A DNA stretch of 52,334 bases from Frankiaceae bacterium. Lineage in GTDB: Bacteria; Actinomycetota; Actinomycetes; JAFAQI01. This document shows, piece after piece, positions 11,483-21,332 of this stretch. Both the position numbers and the translations under genes were made by a program. Within the stretch, counting starts at the first letter, position 1. Every line of letters begins with the position of its first letter. The notes below the pieces were generated by a model. The model did no database searches and was not told where the DNA came from. It saw only the letters and a program-made list of their open reading frames with translations. Location: contig JAICMG010000005.1 of assembly GCA_025929365.1 (NCBI GenBank), forward strand, positions 1 to 52,334, read 5' to 3'.

Positions 11483-13936
11483 TCAGCTCCGGAGCTCTGC
11501 TCCCACCCGCGTGGCCGCCTCCGCAACCGCGGCGTCACGTACCGCGGTCACCTCGTCGACTGTGAGCGTGCGGTCGGCGGCGCGCAGTCGAAGCGCGTAG
11601 GCCATCGACTTGCGTCCCGAACCGACCTGCTCGCCGACATAGACGTCGAACAGCCGGATCGCCTCGAGCAGCGGACCGGCGCCGGCGCGCAAGGCGGCCT
11701 CGAGCGCGGCCGCGGGGACGGCGGTGTCCACCGTGACGGCGATGTCGACCGTGGCAGCGGGGTACGACGACACCGTCGGCGCGGCGGTCACGCCCGCAGC
11801 GGCGCCGATGAGCACATCCAGCGAGATCTCCATCGCACTGGTGCGCGGCGGCAACCCGAACGCCTCGATCGCCCTTGGGTGAAGCTCACCCGCGTGGCCC
11901 AGCAGTTCGCCGCCGACGGCGAGGGCGGCGCATCGGCCAGGGTGGAAGGGTGCGTGGTGATCGGCGCTGACCACGATCTCGGCACCGACCGCGCGAGCGA
12001 GCGTGCGAGCCGCTTCCACGGCGTCCGCCCACGACACGGCGCGGCCGCCACCCCACCATCCGGACTGCTCCCGCATCCCCGCGATGACGACCGCGACCCG
12101 CCCGGGCTGATCGGGCAGTGCGGCATCGAGCGCGAGCAACTCGGCATCGAGGGGCCGCTTGCCCGCCACCAGCACAGGCGCGGGAACCCTGCTCGGGCTC
12201 CGGAACACGGGGCCGACCTCGAAGAGCGCGACGTCGCTCAGACCGCGGCCGACGTTGCGGACCAGCGCCGAGAACAAACCCGGTAGCAGCGTCGCGCGCA
12301 AGAACGGCTCGGCGTCCGACACCGGGTTCGCGATTCGGACCGAGGGCACACGCCCGTCGCCGGGCTCGAGTTGGAGCCGCTCGGCCGACGCCGCGTCGAC
12401 GAAGGGCGAGCAGAGGACCTCGGTGTAGCCGGCTCCGGCCAGCGTGCGCCCGAGCACCCGGCGGAGACGTTGCTCACGCGTGAGGCCGGCACCCGAGGTG
12501 GCCCGCGGCAGCGTCGACGGGAGGTTGGAGTAGCCCTCGAGCCGAATGACCTCTTCGACCAGGTCCTCCGGGATTCGCAGGTCGGGCCGCCACGACGGAG
12601 GGGTGACGTCGAACGCCCCGCTGCGCTCGCGGACCGAGCAGCCGACATCGGTGAGCCGGCTGGAGATCGTCTCGTAGGGATAGTCGATGCCGGCGATACG
12701 CCCGGGGTGGGCAGGGTCGAGCTCGATCGTCGGCGTCAGTGACCGGTTGTCGATGTCGGTCGACCGATGGGTGCGTTGGGCCGCTCCGAGGTCGACCAGA
12801 ATCGAGACGACGAGCTCTGCGGCCACCCGAGGAAGTGCGTCGTCGACGCCGCGCTCGAACCGTCGGGACGCCTCGGATCCGAGCCGGTGACGGCGCGAGG
12901 TGTACGCGATCGAGGTGGGCTCGAAGTGCGCGGCCTCGAGCAGCACGTGACGGGTGGCGTCGGTGATCTCGGTGTGCTCACCGCCCATCACCCCCGCGAG
13001 GGCGATGGCTCCGCTGTCATCGGCGATGACGAGGTCGCGCGGATCGAGCTCGCGATTGGTGCCGTCCAGGGTTCGCAGCTTCTCGCCGCCTCGTGCGCGT
13101 CGTACCGCGATCGGTCCGTTGACCTTCTCGAGATCGAACGCGTGAAGCGGTTGTCCGACCTCGAGCATCACGTAGTTCGTGACATCGACCATCAGCGAGA
13201 TCGGCCGCATGCCCGCCAGGGCGAGTCGGCGCTGCATCCATCCCGGCGACGCCACGGACGGGTTCAGCTCCTCGAGCGACACCGCGACGTAGCGGTCACA
13301 GCCCTCCGGGTCCTCGATCGTCACCGGATAGCCACGGCCCGGAGGCGGTGGCGCCACCGCGCCCGGGTCACGGAAGGCGACACCGTAGGCCGTCGCGAGC
13401 TCTCGCGCGATGCCCCGCATCGACAAGGCGTAGCCGCGATCGGGATTGATCGAGATGTCGAGCACGTCCTCGCGCAGGGCGAGCGCCTCGACCACATCGG
13501 ACCCGAGCTGCAGCGCGGGGTCGAGCACCAGGATTCCTGTGTGGTCGTCGGAGAGTCCGAGCTCGCGGCCCGAGCAGATCATCCCGTCGGAGACGCGGCC
13601 GTACGCCTCCCGTGCGTCGATCCGGAAACCGCCGGGAAGCTGCGCCGGCGGGCGGGCGTAGGCGACCACGTCACCGGCGGCGAAGTTGGTGGCGCCGCAG
13701 ATCACCTGTCGCTCGCCGGTGCCGTCGGCGAGCGTCACCCATCGGATCGGCTTCTTGAATCCTTCGAGCTCTTCGAAGGCGATCACCTTGGCGACGACGA
13801 CCCCTTCGATGCCCTCGCCGATCCGCTCGACCCGCTCGACTTGCAGACCGGCTGCCGTCAGGCGCTCGGCGATGTCGCGTGCCGGCGCGTCGGGCAGCTC
13901 GACGTACTCCAGCAGCCAGGACAGCGGCGCAAGCAT
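11483..13936 (-). CDS. pheT: Phenylalanyl-tRNA synthetase beta subunit
   Basis: tRNA-binding OB domain (VICGATNF, SDGMICS), B3/4 domain (VTNYVMLEVGQPLHAFD), C-terminal FDX-ACB (LFDVY). Confidence 0.97.
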   Translation of the reverse strand: MLAPLSWLLEYVELPDAPARDIAERLTAAGLQVERVERIGEGIEGVVVAKVIAFEELEGFKKPIRWVTLADGTGERQVICGATNFAAGDVVAYARPPAQLPGGFRIDAREAYGRVSDGMICSGRELGLSDDHTGILVLDPALQLGSDVVEALALREDVLDISINPDRGYALSMRGIARELATAYGVAFRDPGAVAPPPPGRGYPVTIEDPEGCDRYVAVSLEELNPSVASPGWMQRRLALAGMRPISLMVDVTNYVMLEVGQPLHAFDLEKVNGPIAVRRARGGEKLRTLDGTNRELDPRDLVIADDSGAIALAGVMGGEHTEITDATRHVLLEAAHFEPTSIAYTSRRHRLGSEASRRFERGVDDALPRVAAELVVSILVDLGAAQRTHRSTDIDNRSLTPTIELDPAHPGRIAGIDYPYETISSRLTDVGCSVRERSGAFDVTPPSWRPDLRIPEDLVEEVIRLEGYSNLPSTLPRATSGAGLTREQRLRRVLGRTLAGAGYTEVLCSPFVDAASAERLQLEPGDGRVPSVRIANPVSDAEPFLRATLLPGLFSALVRNVGRGLSDVALFEVGPVFRSPSRVPAPVLVAGKRPLDAELLALDAALPDQPGRVAVVIAGMREQSGWWGGGRAVSWADAVEAARTLARAVGAEIVVSADHHAPFHPGRCAALAVGGELLGHAGELHPRAIEAFGLPPRTSAMEISLDVLIGAAAGVTAAPTVSSYPAATVDIAVTVDTAVPAAALEAALRAGAGPLLEAIRLFDVYVGEQVGSGRKSMAYALRLRAADRTLTVDEVTAVRDAAVAEAATRVGAELRS

Positions 13937-15045
13937 CAGGCCTCACGCCCCATCGCAGCCGTCACCCGCACGTCACCCTCGACAAGGTCGCGAATGTCGG
14001 ACATGTCGTGGCGCGACATCAGGGTGCGCTCGAGGCCCATTCCGAACGCGAACCCCGTGTAACGCTGGGGGTCGATGCCGGCGGAGGCGAGGACGACGGG
14101 ATGGACCATCCCGCTGCCACCCCATTCGACCCACCCCTCCGAGCGACAGGTGCGACAAGGTTCGGCCCCCGGCTCGGTAGACGTGCCGTGGCAGACCCAG
14201 CACTCCAGGTCGACGTCCGCCGAAGGCTCGGTGAAGGGGTAGTGGTCGGGACGAAGCCGGGTGCGGGCCTCCGGACCGAACATCGCGCGGGCGAGCGCGT
14301 CGAGGGTGCCGCGAAGATCGCCCATGGTGAGGCCCTCGTCGACGGCGAGCCCTTCGAGCTGATGGAAGACGGCGCTATGGGTCGCATCGAGCGCTTCTTG
14401 GCGGTACACCCGACCCGGAACCGCGATGTAACACGGAGCGCCGCGTTCCAGCAAGGCGCGGATCTGCACCGGCGAGGTCTGCGTCCGAAGCAACACCCCG
14501 GCCTCCGGCGGGTCCAGCCAGAGCGTGTCCTGGGTCTCCCGCGCCGGGTGGGCGGGCGGGATGTTGAGCGCGTCGAAGTTGAACCACGCGGCCTCGACCT
14601 CAGGCCCCTCGGCGACCTCCCACCCCATCGCGATGAAGACGTCCGCCACACGCTCCTGGATCAACGTCAGCGGATGGCGGCCACCCGCAGGTGCGCGGTC
14701 CCACGGCAGGGTGACGTCCACCGTCTCCTCGATCAGAACCCGCTCGTCCCGATCGCGCTCCAGCGCGACGTGCCGCTCGTCGTACGCCGCTGTGAGCGCG
14801 GCCAGCGCCTCGTTGACGCGCCGGCCCGCATCCGCTCGGGCCTGCGGCGGGAGTGCGCCCAGCTCGCGCCGCGCGAGGGCGATCGGCGACCGCGCGCCCA
14901 GATGCGCGGTGTGGGCTTCCGCAAGCGCGTCGAGATCAGCCGCCGCCGCGAACGCGGCCGCTCCGGCGTCGACTGCGCCGGACAGGGCGTCGTCAGACAG
15001 CGCAGCCACTTCCTTGGGGTCGTACGAGTCGTTGGGTCCGGACAT
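13936..15045 (-). CDS. pheS: Phenylalanyl-tRNA synthetase alpha subunit
   Basis: [46 protein letters not shown]. Confidence 0.97.
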   Translation of the reverse strand: MSGPNDSYDPKEVAALSDDALSGAVDAGAAAFAAAADLDALAEAHTAHLGARSPIALARRELGALPPQARADAGRRVNEALAALTAAYDERHVALERDRDERVLIEETVDVTLPWDRAPAGGRHPLTLIQERVADVFIAMGWEVAEGPEVEAAWFNFDALNIPPAHPARETQDTLWLDPPEAGVLLRTQTSPVQIRALLERGAPCYIAVPGRVYRQEALDATHSAVFHQLEGLAVDEGLTMGDLRGTLDALARAMFGPEARTRLRPDHYPFTEPSADVDLECWVCHGTSTEPGAEPCRTCRSEGWVEWGGSGMVHPVVLASAGIDPQRYTGFAFGMGLERTLMSRHDMSDIRDLVEGDVRVTAAMGREA

Positions 15046-15060
15046 CGGCGTCAGGACGTG

Positions 15061-15066
15061 AGTCTA
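15061..15066 (-). promoter_or_regulatory. Putative -10 element for pheST
   Basis: TAGACT 15 nt upstream of the pheS ATG in a 31-bp spacer. Confidence 0.5.
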
Positions 15067-15076
15067 GGAAGCCCGA

Positions 15077-16156
15077 CTACGGCCAGACCAACCGATTGCC
15101 GTGGTACAGCGCGGCAACCAGGGTCGTGTCCTCGACGCGGCTCAACGGTGGCAGCGACTTCGCCAGCCCGAAGCGGATCACCTCGTCGCGCTCAGGCATC
15201 CACTCGGCGGCCGACTGCACGCCGATGCCCTGCCCGGCCACGGTGTGGTTGCGCGACAGCGCTGCCTCGACCCGCCAGACCTGCTGCTCGTGTGCCACCG
15301 AGAAGTCCGCGCCGGCGTGGTTCGCGTACGACTGCTCGATCGACACGCAACCGGCCTGATGCGTCTCGCAGTAGTCGAACGCGTGCAGGTCGGCGCGCAT
15401 GAAGTCCTGCACGGCGGCTCGGTGCGCGGCGAGGAACGACGTGTTGAAGAACACGACGTTGTAGGTGCCGGAGACGCCGTATTGCGCCGGCGTGAACTCG
15501 TGGAACCGCGCACCCTCCGCGCGCAACGTCAGCGGCTCGTTGGACTGGTAGCAGCCCACCGAGTCGAGCTTTCCCTGCACAATCTGGTTCGGGTCGAAGT
15601 TCGGGGTGTTGACCAGCTTGATCTTCGAGAGGTCGACGCCGGCGGCACGCAACATCTCGAGATCGGGTGCCTCTTCGACGAAGTGATAGCCGAGGGTGTG
15701 ACCTTCGAGCTTCTTCAGAGTGCTGAACTGCGGCCGGGCGATGATGCAGTAGTCCGACGTGTTGCCGTACGTCGCCACAGCGGTTGTGTGTGACCCGTTG
15801 GCGGCGAGCACCAGGTAGTCCGCTGCCGACCCGGTGCTGGTGGTCGTGGCGGTTCCTGCAGAGACCAGCGCGGCGGCGTTCTGCGCGCTCGTGACGATCC
15901 GCACCTTGAGGCACAGGTCGCGGAAGTAGCCGAGCTTGTCGGCGGCGAAGACCTCGATGATTCCGGCCGATGCATCGAAGCCGAACGGTGAGACGTACGT
16001 GATCGTCCCGGCTGCCCGGTTCGACGCGCACCGGTCGGCAGAGATGAGGCCGTGGCCCGCGGCATGACCGTTCGAGCCGCCACCGCACGCGCCGGCCGCA
16101 ACCAGCGCGGCGGCCGCCATCCCGATGCGGGCCGCCCGCCACGTCCGAGACCTCAT
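15077..16156 (-). CDS. ABC transporter substrate-binding lipoprotein, NMT1/THI5-like
   Basis: Signal peptide ending AAGAC; A..KLGYF..L.L.V.I and YQSNEP segments typical of the NMT1/THI5 (SsuA/TauA-like) class. Confidence 0.75.
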   Translation of the reverse strand: MRSRTWRAARIGMAAAALVAAGACGGGSNGHAAGHGLISADRCASNRAAGTITYVSPFGFDASAGIIEVFAADKLGYFRDLCLKVRIVTSAQNAAALVSAGTATTTSTGSAADYLVLAANGSHTTAVATYGNTSDYCIIARPQFSTLKKLEGHTLGYHFVEEAPDLEMLRAAGVDLSKIKLVNTPNFDPNQIVQGKLDSVGCYQSNEPLTLRAEGARFHEFTPAQYGVSGTYNVVFFNTSFLAAHRAAVQDFMRADLHAFDYCETHQAGCVSIEQSYANHAGADFSVAHEQQVWRVEAALSRNHTVAGQGIGVQSAAEWMPERDEVIRFGLAKSLPPLSRVEDTTLVAALYHGNRLVWP

Positions 16157-16932
16157 CCGCGCCTCGCGCCCACGGACGGCCGGTACCGGCCGAGTACCAG
16201 CCGCTGCAGCGCAACCACCGCGCCGAACATCGCCACCCCTAGGACCGCAAGTACGACGACCGCGGCGTACACCGTGCCGAGATCGCCAAGAGAGGCTGCC
16301 GTGACCACCAGCGTCCCCAATCCCTTCGCCTCCCCCGCTGCGACGAACTCTGCGACCACCGCGCCGACGAGGCTCAGTGGCATGCAGATGCGGCCGGCCG
16401 CGAACAGATACGGAAGGCTACTGGGCAGCCGCAGGCGCCACAGCACCTCGGCCCTGCTCGCGTGCAGAGTCGCCACCAGATCCAGCGCCTCGGGATCGAC
16501 GTCGCGGAGCCCGGCCAGCGCGTTGACGAGGAACGGGAAGAAGACCAAGAGCGAGGCAATGACGTACTTCGGAGTCATCCCGAAGCCGAATGCGACGACC
16601 AAGGCGGGCGCGATCGCGACGAGCGGCGTGACGTTGAGCACGACGGCGAGCGGCAGCAGCGCGCGCTCGATGACCCGGACGTAGAACATGACGAGGGCGA
16701 GCGCGAAGGCGACGCCCATTCCCGCCCCTGCTCCGACCAGCGCCTCCTCCAACGTCGTCCACGCGTTGCGCGCGAACAGCCGCGGATGTGAGTCGAGCTC
16801 GGAGAGCACCTTCGACAGCTTCGGCGCGACGTACGGATGGTGGTCGGCGTACAGCTGCCAGAGCAGAACGAACACGGCGAGGGCGATCGCCGGCGGCAGC
16901 CACGCCCCGATTCGAAGCGGCTTTCGGCTCAT
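16153..16932 (-). CDS. ABC transporter permease (SsuC/TauC-type)
   Basis: TPLVAIAP, FFP..VNALAGL..VD, LRLPSSLPYLFA, GAVVAEF..GLG. Confidence 0.9.
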   Translation of the reverse strand: MSRKPLRIGAWLPPAIALAVFVLLWQLYADHHPYVAPKLSKVLSELDSHPRLFARNAWTTLEEALVGAGAGMGVAFALALVMFYVRVIERALLPLAVVLNVTPLVAIAPALVVAFGFGMTPKYVIASLLVFFPFLVNALAGLRDVDPEALDLVATLHASRAEVLWRLRLPSSLPYLFAAGRICMPLSLVGAVVAEFVAAGEAKGLGTLVVTAASLGDLGTVYAAVVVLAVLGVAMFGAVVALQRLVLGRYRPSVGARRG

Positions 16933-17711
16933 TTCGAGCCCTTGCGAAGCTCGAGCCGCAGCTCACGTTCCAGTGCGAGGAACTCGGGGGTGGTTTCCAC
17001 GAGGTCATCGCGCGGCCGCGGGAGGTCGATCGGTATCACGCGCTGGATTCCGTGTGTGTTGGCCGACATCACGACGACGACGTCGGACAGGGCGACTGCT
17101 TCGGTGACGGAGTGCGTCACGAACAGCACGGTCTTGCCGCTTGCCTGCCAGATCGTCAGCAGGGAATGACGCAACGACTCGCGCGTGAGCTCGTCGACCG
17201 CAGCGAACGGCTCGTCCATCAGCAGCACAGGCGGGTCGAAGACGAAGGCGCGGGCGATCGCGACGCGCTGTTGCATGCCGCCCGAGAGCTCACGCGGCCG
17301 GCGTTGTAGCGCATCTCCGAGGCCGAGTGCGGTGAGCAGCTCCACCGCGTCGGGTGCCGCCTTCGAGGACGGCACCTTGCGGTTCACCTGCAGCGGCAGC
17401 AGCACGTTGTCCAGCACCGTGCGCCAGGGCAGGAGGGCGGGCGCCTGTGGCACGAACCCGATCCGCTTCTCCGCGGTTGCATCGGCAACGGAGGCACCGA
17501 ACAGTGAGACCGATCCGGCATCAGGCTCGACGAGGCCGGCCGCGAGTCGCAGGAGCGTGGTCTTGCCGCAGCCGCTCGGCCCGATGACGGTGACGAACTG
17601 CCCGCGCTGGACTGACAGATCGACGCCGTCGAGAACCTTCACGCGTTCGTTGCCGCGGCCGAAGGTCTTGTGGAGACCGCGGAAAACGATCGCGTCGTCG
17701 GTCGGGGTCAC
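16929..17711 (-). CDS. ABC transporter ATP-binding protein (SsuB/TauB-type)
   Basis: GPSGCGKTT, LLPWRTV..N, LSGGMQQR, LLMDEPF, FVTH. Confidence 0.95.
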   Translation of the reverse strand: MTPTDDAIVFRGLHKTFGRGNERVKVLDGVDLSVQRGQFVTVIGPSGCGKTTLLRLAAGLVEPDAGSVSLFGASVADATAEKRIGFVPQAPALLPWRTVLDNVLLPLQVNRKVPSSKAAPDAVELLTALGLGDALQRRPRELSGGMQQRVAIARAFVFDPPVLLMDEPFAAVDELTRESLRHSLLTIWQASGKTVLFVTHSVTEAVALSDVVVVMSANTHGIQRVIPIDLPRPRDDLVETTPEFLALERELRLELRKGSK

Positions 17712-18763
17712 GCCTCGGCGTGGCCGGGCGCGCCGAGCGGCAGCGCGAATCCGATCCGGGCCCCGCCTGTCTCCGCGGAACCGGCCTCGATCACGCCGCC
17801 ATGCGCCTCGACGATCCCTTTCGCGATGAACAGCCCGAGTCCGGTGCCGCCGCGTCGCGCATCCCGCCAGAACTTGGTGAAGACCCGGGGCAGCGCCTCG
17901 GCCGAGATCCCCTCGCCTTCGTCGGTCACGGTCACGCGAGCACCGTCGCCTTCGGCCGCGAGCCTGACGTGAACCGCCCCGGAGCCATGACGCAGCGCGT
18001 TCTCGACGATGTTGCCGACGACCTGGCCCACCTTGTCGGGATCCGCCCAGACCTCCGGCACGTCGGCCGTCTCGATCACGAAGCGATCCGCCGCCTCGCC
18101 CGCCGCCACGCGGCCGGCGATGTCACGCTCCACGAGCGTCGCCAGGTCGACGAGCTGCTTGTGCAGCTCGAGCCGACCCGACTCGATTCGTGACACGTCG
18201 AGCAGCTCGCTGATCAAGCGGGTCAGCCGGTCCGCGTCGGCGTTGATCGTCTTGAGCATGTGCAGACGCTGCTCGTCGGTGAAGCGCTCCCATTTGTTGA
18301 GCAGCGTTGCGGTGAAGCCCTTCACCCCGGTGAGCGGTGACCGCAGCTCGTGCGCGACAACGGAGATGAGCTCCGTGCCGCTCTTTTCCGAGCGCGACCG
18401 CGCCTTGGTGTCACGCAGCGACACGATGACCGAGGTGACCTTCCGCTGCCCGTCCCGGCGGTACGCCGCGGTGACCAGCACGGTCTGGTCCGGCTGGCCC
18501 TCGCGCGCGAGCGTCAGCCAGCGTTCGGGCTGCCGCACCCGGGTGACCAGGCCGTCGTAAGGGTTCGTGCACGCCCACCAATCGCGCCCCTGCGGGTCGA
18601 TCAGCGGAAGGACGTCGCGAAGCGGCCGACCCTGCCAGTCCCCGGGCCCGAGGATGCGCAGGGCAGCGTCGTTGAGATCGACGACGGTTCCGTTCGCGTC
18701 CGCGACGACGACGCCGTCGGGCAGCCCGTCGTAGACAGACTCCCCCCCGCCGCGCTCCGGCAC
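17708..18763 (-). CDS. Cytoplasmic PAS-domain sensor histidine kinase (OhkA-like by gene order)
   Basis: PAS (LPDGVVVAD.NG.V..LN), H-box AHELRSPLT, N-box NIVENA, DEGEGI, GTGLGL. No transmembrane segment. Start set at GTG 18763 behind SD AAGGAGG; -10-like TAGGCT at 18798-18793. Confidence 0.92.
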   Translation of the reverse strand: MPERGGGESVYDGLPDGVVVADANGTVVDLNDAALRILGPGDWQGRPLRDVLPLIDPQGRDWWACTNPYDGLVTRVRQPERWLTLAREGQPDQTVLVTAAYRRDGQRKVTSVIVSLRDTKARSRSEKSGTELISVVAHELRSPLTGVKGFTATLLNKWERFTDEQRLHMLKTINADADRLTRLISELLDVSRIESGRLELHKQLVDLATLVERDIAGRVAAGEAADRFVIETADVPEVWADPDKVGQVVGNIVENALRHGSGAVHVRLAAEGDGARVTVTDEGEGISAEALPRVFTKFWRDARRGGTGLGLFIAKGIVEAHGGVIEAGSAETGGARIGFALPLGAPGHAEA

Positions 18764-18844
18764 GCTCAGCCTCCTTGCCCCCTGCCTCCCGGAGCCTAGG
18801 ACGACATCGGCCAAAGCGGACCCCTCGAACTCCTCGACCTACGG

Positions 18845-19666
18845 TCAGGCCCGATCGGGCGACTGGACGCTTGCGGACGAGTACAGACAAATGGCGACAG
18901 CGGCGGAAAGGTTGAAGCTCTCGGCACGGCCCCGGATCGGGATCCGTACGACGCCGTCGGCCAAGCGGCCGAGCTCGCGGCCGAGGCCGTGTGCCTCGCT
19001 GCCGAACAGCCACGCAGTCGGCTCCGCCAGCCGCGAGCCGCGCGACAGCTCGTCGAGGTCCATATCGCCGTCCGCGGACGTCGCAAACACCTGGCAACCG
19101 CGCTCGCGAAGCGCGGCCACGGCGTCGGCCGCCCCGATCGACGTCACGACGGGCAGGTGGAACACACTGCCCGCGCTGGCCCGGACGCACTTGCCCGACC
19201 AGATGTCGACGGAGCCGGCACCGAGGACGACCGCGTCGGCACCGACCGCGTCCGCGCTCCTGATCACCGTGCCGGCGTTACCGGGATCCGAGCACTGCTC
19301 GAGCACGACCACCAATCGCGGGTGCTCCGGCAGCGCGTGGGGCGCGGGTGTCTCGACCACCGCGACGATGCCCTGAGGCGTCACGGTCTCGGCGACGGCG
19401 CGCAGCGCCCGCCCCGTCGCCACATGGATCGGGACGCCCGAACCCGCCAGCTCACCCATGCAGCGCTTCTCGCGCTCAGCGGCATCGTCGGTGACGAAGA
19501 CCTCGCGGATGGCAAACGCGGCCTCCTGCGCCGCGGCCACGGCATGCGGTCCTTCGGCAAGGAAAGCGCCGGCGGAGCGCCGCCCTCGGGCCGAGTGCAG
19601 CGCACGGGCGGCAACCACTCGCGCGTTGCGCGGCGAGTCGATCACGTCCGCGTGCGCGCCCGCCAC
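18845..19666 (-). CDS. TrmH/SpoU-family RNA methyltransferase
   Basis: DPGNAGTVIRSADA, FGSEAHGL, IPIRGRAESFNL. Confidence 0.93.
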   Translation of the reverse strand: MAGAHADVIDSPRNARVVAARALHSARGRRSAGAFLAEGPHAVAAAQEAAFAIREVFVTDDAAEREKRCMGELAGSGVPIHVATGRALRAVAETVTPQGIVAVVETPAPHALPEHPRLVVVLEQCSDPGNAGTVIRSADAVGADAVVLGAGSVDIWSGKCVRASAGSVFHLPVVTSIGAADAVAALRERGCQVFATSADGDMDLDELSRGSRLAEPTAWLFGSEAHGLGRELGRLADGVVRIPIRGRAESFNLSAAVAICLYSSASVQSPDRA

Positions 19667-19680
19667 AGCGCGCCGCCTGG

Positions 19681-20067
19681 CTAGGCGGCCGAGCCGGACG
19701 CGCTACCCGCTGCGGGCAGCGAGTTGCGGGCAAGCTCGACGAGCGCGGCGAATGCACCCTCGTCCGAGACCGCGAGCTCCGCGAGGTGCTTGCGGTCGAC
19801 CTCGACGCCGGCGGCCTTGAGACCCTGGATGAACCGGTTGTAGGTCATCCCGTTGGCACGCGCGGCGGCGTTGATCCGCTGGATCCACAGCGACCGGAAG
19901 TCGCCCTTGCGGGCACGACGGTCGCGGTAGGAGTAGTTGAGCGAGTGGAGCATCTGCTCCTTCGCCTTGCGGTAGAGCCGCGAACGCTGGCCGCGGTAGC
20001 CACTCGCGCGCTCGAGCACGACCCGACGCTTCTTGTGGGCGTTGACCGCCCGCTTCACCCGTGCCAC
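19681..20067 (-). CDS. rplT: 50S ribosomal protein L20
   Basis: [28 protein letters not shown]. Confidence 0.98.
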   Translation of the reverse strand: MARVKRAVNAHKKRRVVLERASGYRGQRSRLYRKAKEQMLHSLNYSYRDRRARKGDFRSLWIQRINAAARANGMTYNRFIQGLKAAGVEVDRKHLAELAVSDEGAFAALVELARNSLPAAGSASGSAA

Positions 20068-20161
20068 GGGAACTCTCCTTGACGACTAAGGACCGGCCGC
20101 AGGACCAGTTCTTTCTGACCGGCCGGACGGCCGGAGGGGAACGACGTACGAAGTGCGCGAG

Positions 20162-20356
20162 CTACCGACCCAGCAGCTTGTTCATCTTCTTGGTGTCGGC
20201 GGGCGACATGACCTCTTCGTTGGCCAGGCGACGGGTGCGCGTCGACGGCTTGTGCTCGAGCAGGTGGTTGCGGTTCGCGCGACGGTGCGTGAGCTTGCCG
20301 CTCCCGGTCACCTTGAAGCGCTTCTTCGACCCGCTGTGGGTCTTCATCTTGGGCAT
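20162..20356 (-). CDS. rpmI: 50S ribosomal protein L35
   Basis: [21 protein letters not shown]. Confidence 0.98.
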   Translation of the reverse strand: MPKMKTHSGSKKRFKVTGSGKLTHRRANRNHLLEHKPSTRTRRLANEEVMSPADTKKMNKLLGR

Positions 20357-20412
20357 CGCAGCCTCGTCTCCTCGTCGTCCTCGGGTGGTGCTGGTGCTTG
20401 GTGGCTCGACTG

Positions 20413-21021
20413 CTACGCGGACGCGGCGGTCGCGGGTGGCTCCTCGGTGGGGTCCTCGCCCTCCGTCACAGGTTCGTCGTGGCGTCGTACGCGGCCCGGC
20501 TGTGCCTGCTGCTTTCGGTGCGGCGCCATGACCATGATCATGTTGCGGCCGTCGAGCTTGGGTTGCGCCTCGACGTATCCCAGCTCCTCGACGTCCACCG
20601 CCAGGCGCTGCAGCAACCGCAGGCCGAGCTCGGGACGGGACTGTTCGCGTCCGCGGAACATGATCGTGATCTTGACCTTGTCCCCGGCCTTGAGGAACCG
20701 CACGACGTGACCTTTCTTGGTCTGGTAGTCATGCGGGTCGATCTTCGGCCGAAGCTTCATCTCCTTGATGATCGTGTGCGACTGGTTCCGTCGCGCCTCT
20801 CGGGCCTTCTGCGCGTTCTCGTACTTCCACTTGCCGTAGTCCATGAGCTTGCAGACCGGCGGACGCGCGTCGGGCGCGACCTCGACCAGATCGAGATCGG
20901 CCTCCTGAGCCAGCCGCAGGGCGTCTGCTATGGCGACAATGCCGACCTGCTCGCCGTTCGGACCGACCAGCCGCACCTCAGGGACGCGAATCCGGTCGTT
21001 GATGCGTGGTTCGACGCTGAT
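20413..21021 (-). CDS. infC: Translation initiation factor IF-3, ATC start codon
   Basis: [36 protein letters not shown]. Frame extends to ATC 21021, 4 nt after GGAGG. Confidence 0.95.
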   Translation of the reverse strand: MSVEPRINDRIRVPEVRLVGPNGEQVGIVAIADALRLAQEADLDLVEVAPDARPPVCKLMDYGKWKYENAQKAREARRNQSHTIIKEMKLRPKIDPHDYQTKKGHVVRFLKAGDKVKITIMFRGREQSRPELGLRLLQRLAVDVEELGYVEAQPKLDGRNMIMVMAPHRKQQAQPGRVRRHDEPVTEGEDPTEEPPATAASA

Positions 21022-21029
21022 GGGACCTC

Positions 21030-21240
21030 CACTGACGTTTCACTTCGCGAGGCCGACACGGTGAAGGCCCCGCACGACGCGCATGCGAGGCCTCTACGAC
21101 AATGGCCACACCACACCCGCCGGCAATGACGCCGACCGGCGTGGCGACCAAAGACCCGTCCGCTCCGAAGAGCAAGCAGGTGGGAGAGGCTCCACTTGCA
21201 AGTGGGCCAAGCAAGCAGGACCCACCAGTCGCAGTTAAGA
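21030..21240 (-). promoter_or_regulatory. Structured 5' leader of infC-rpmI-rplT (possible L20-responsive element)
   Basis: AAGTGGAGCCTCTCCCACCT segment, strong hairpin at 21064-21093, 14-bp palindrome at 21192-21205, position ahead of the L20 operon. Confidence 0.5.
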
Positions 21241-21262
21241 GGGTAGCAGCGCAGCGACCTAC

Positions 21263-21329
21263 CCCGGTGATCTTGACGTTTTGGGCGTCTGGAGGCTCGC
21301 CAGCCGCCAAGTACGTCAAGATCACCGGG
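21263..21329. repeat. Palindromic REP-like element, left copy
   Basis: 17-bp perfect arms CCCGGTGATCTTGACGT / ACGTCAAGATCACCGGG plus an imperfect inner stem. Confidence 0.92.
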
Positions 21330-21332
21330 CCT

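Noticed and set aside
14150-14210. CxxC...CxxC insertion in PheS
   Set aside because: Similar Cys-rich insertions occur in many bacterial PheS proteins; not novel.
15046-15076. T-box leader for pheS (likewise tyrS)
   Set aside because: Spacers of 31 bp and 12 bp cannot hold a T-box.
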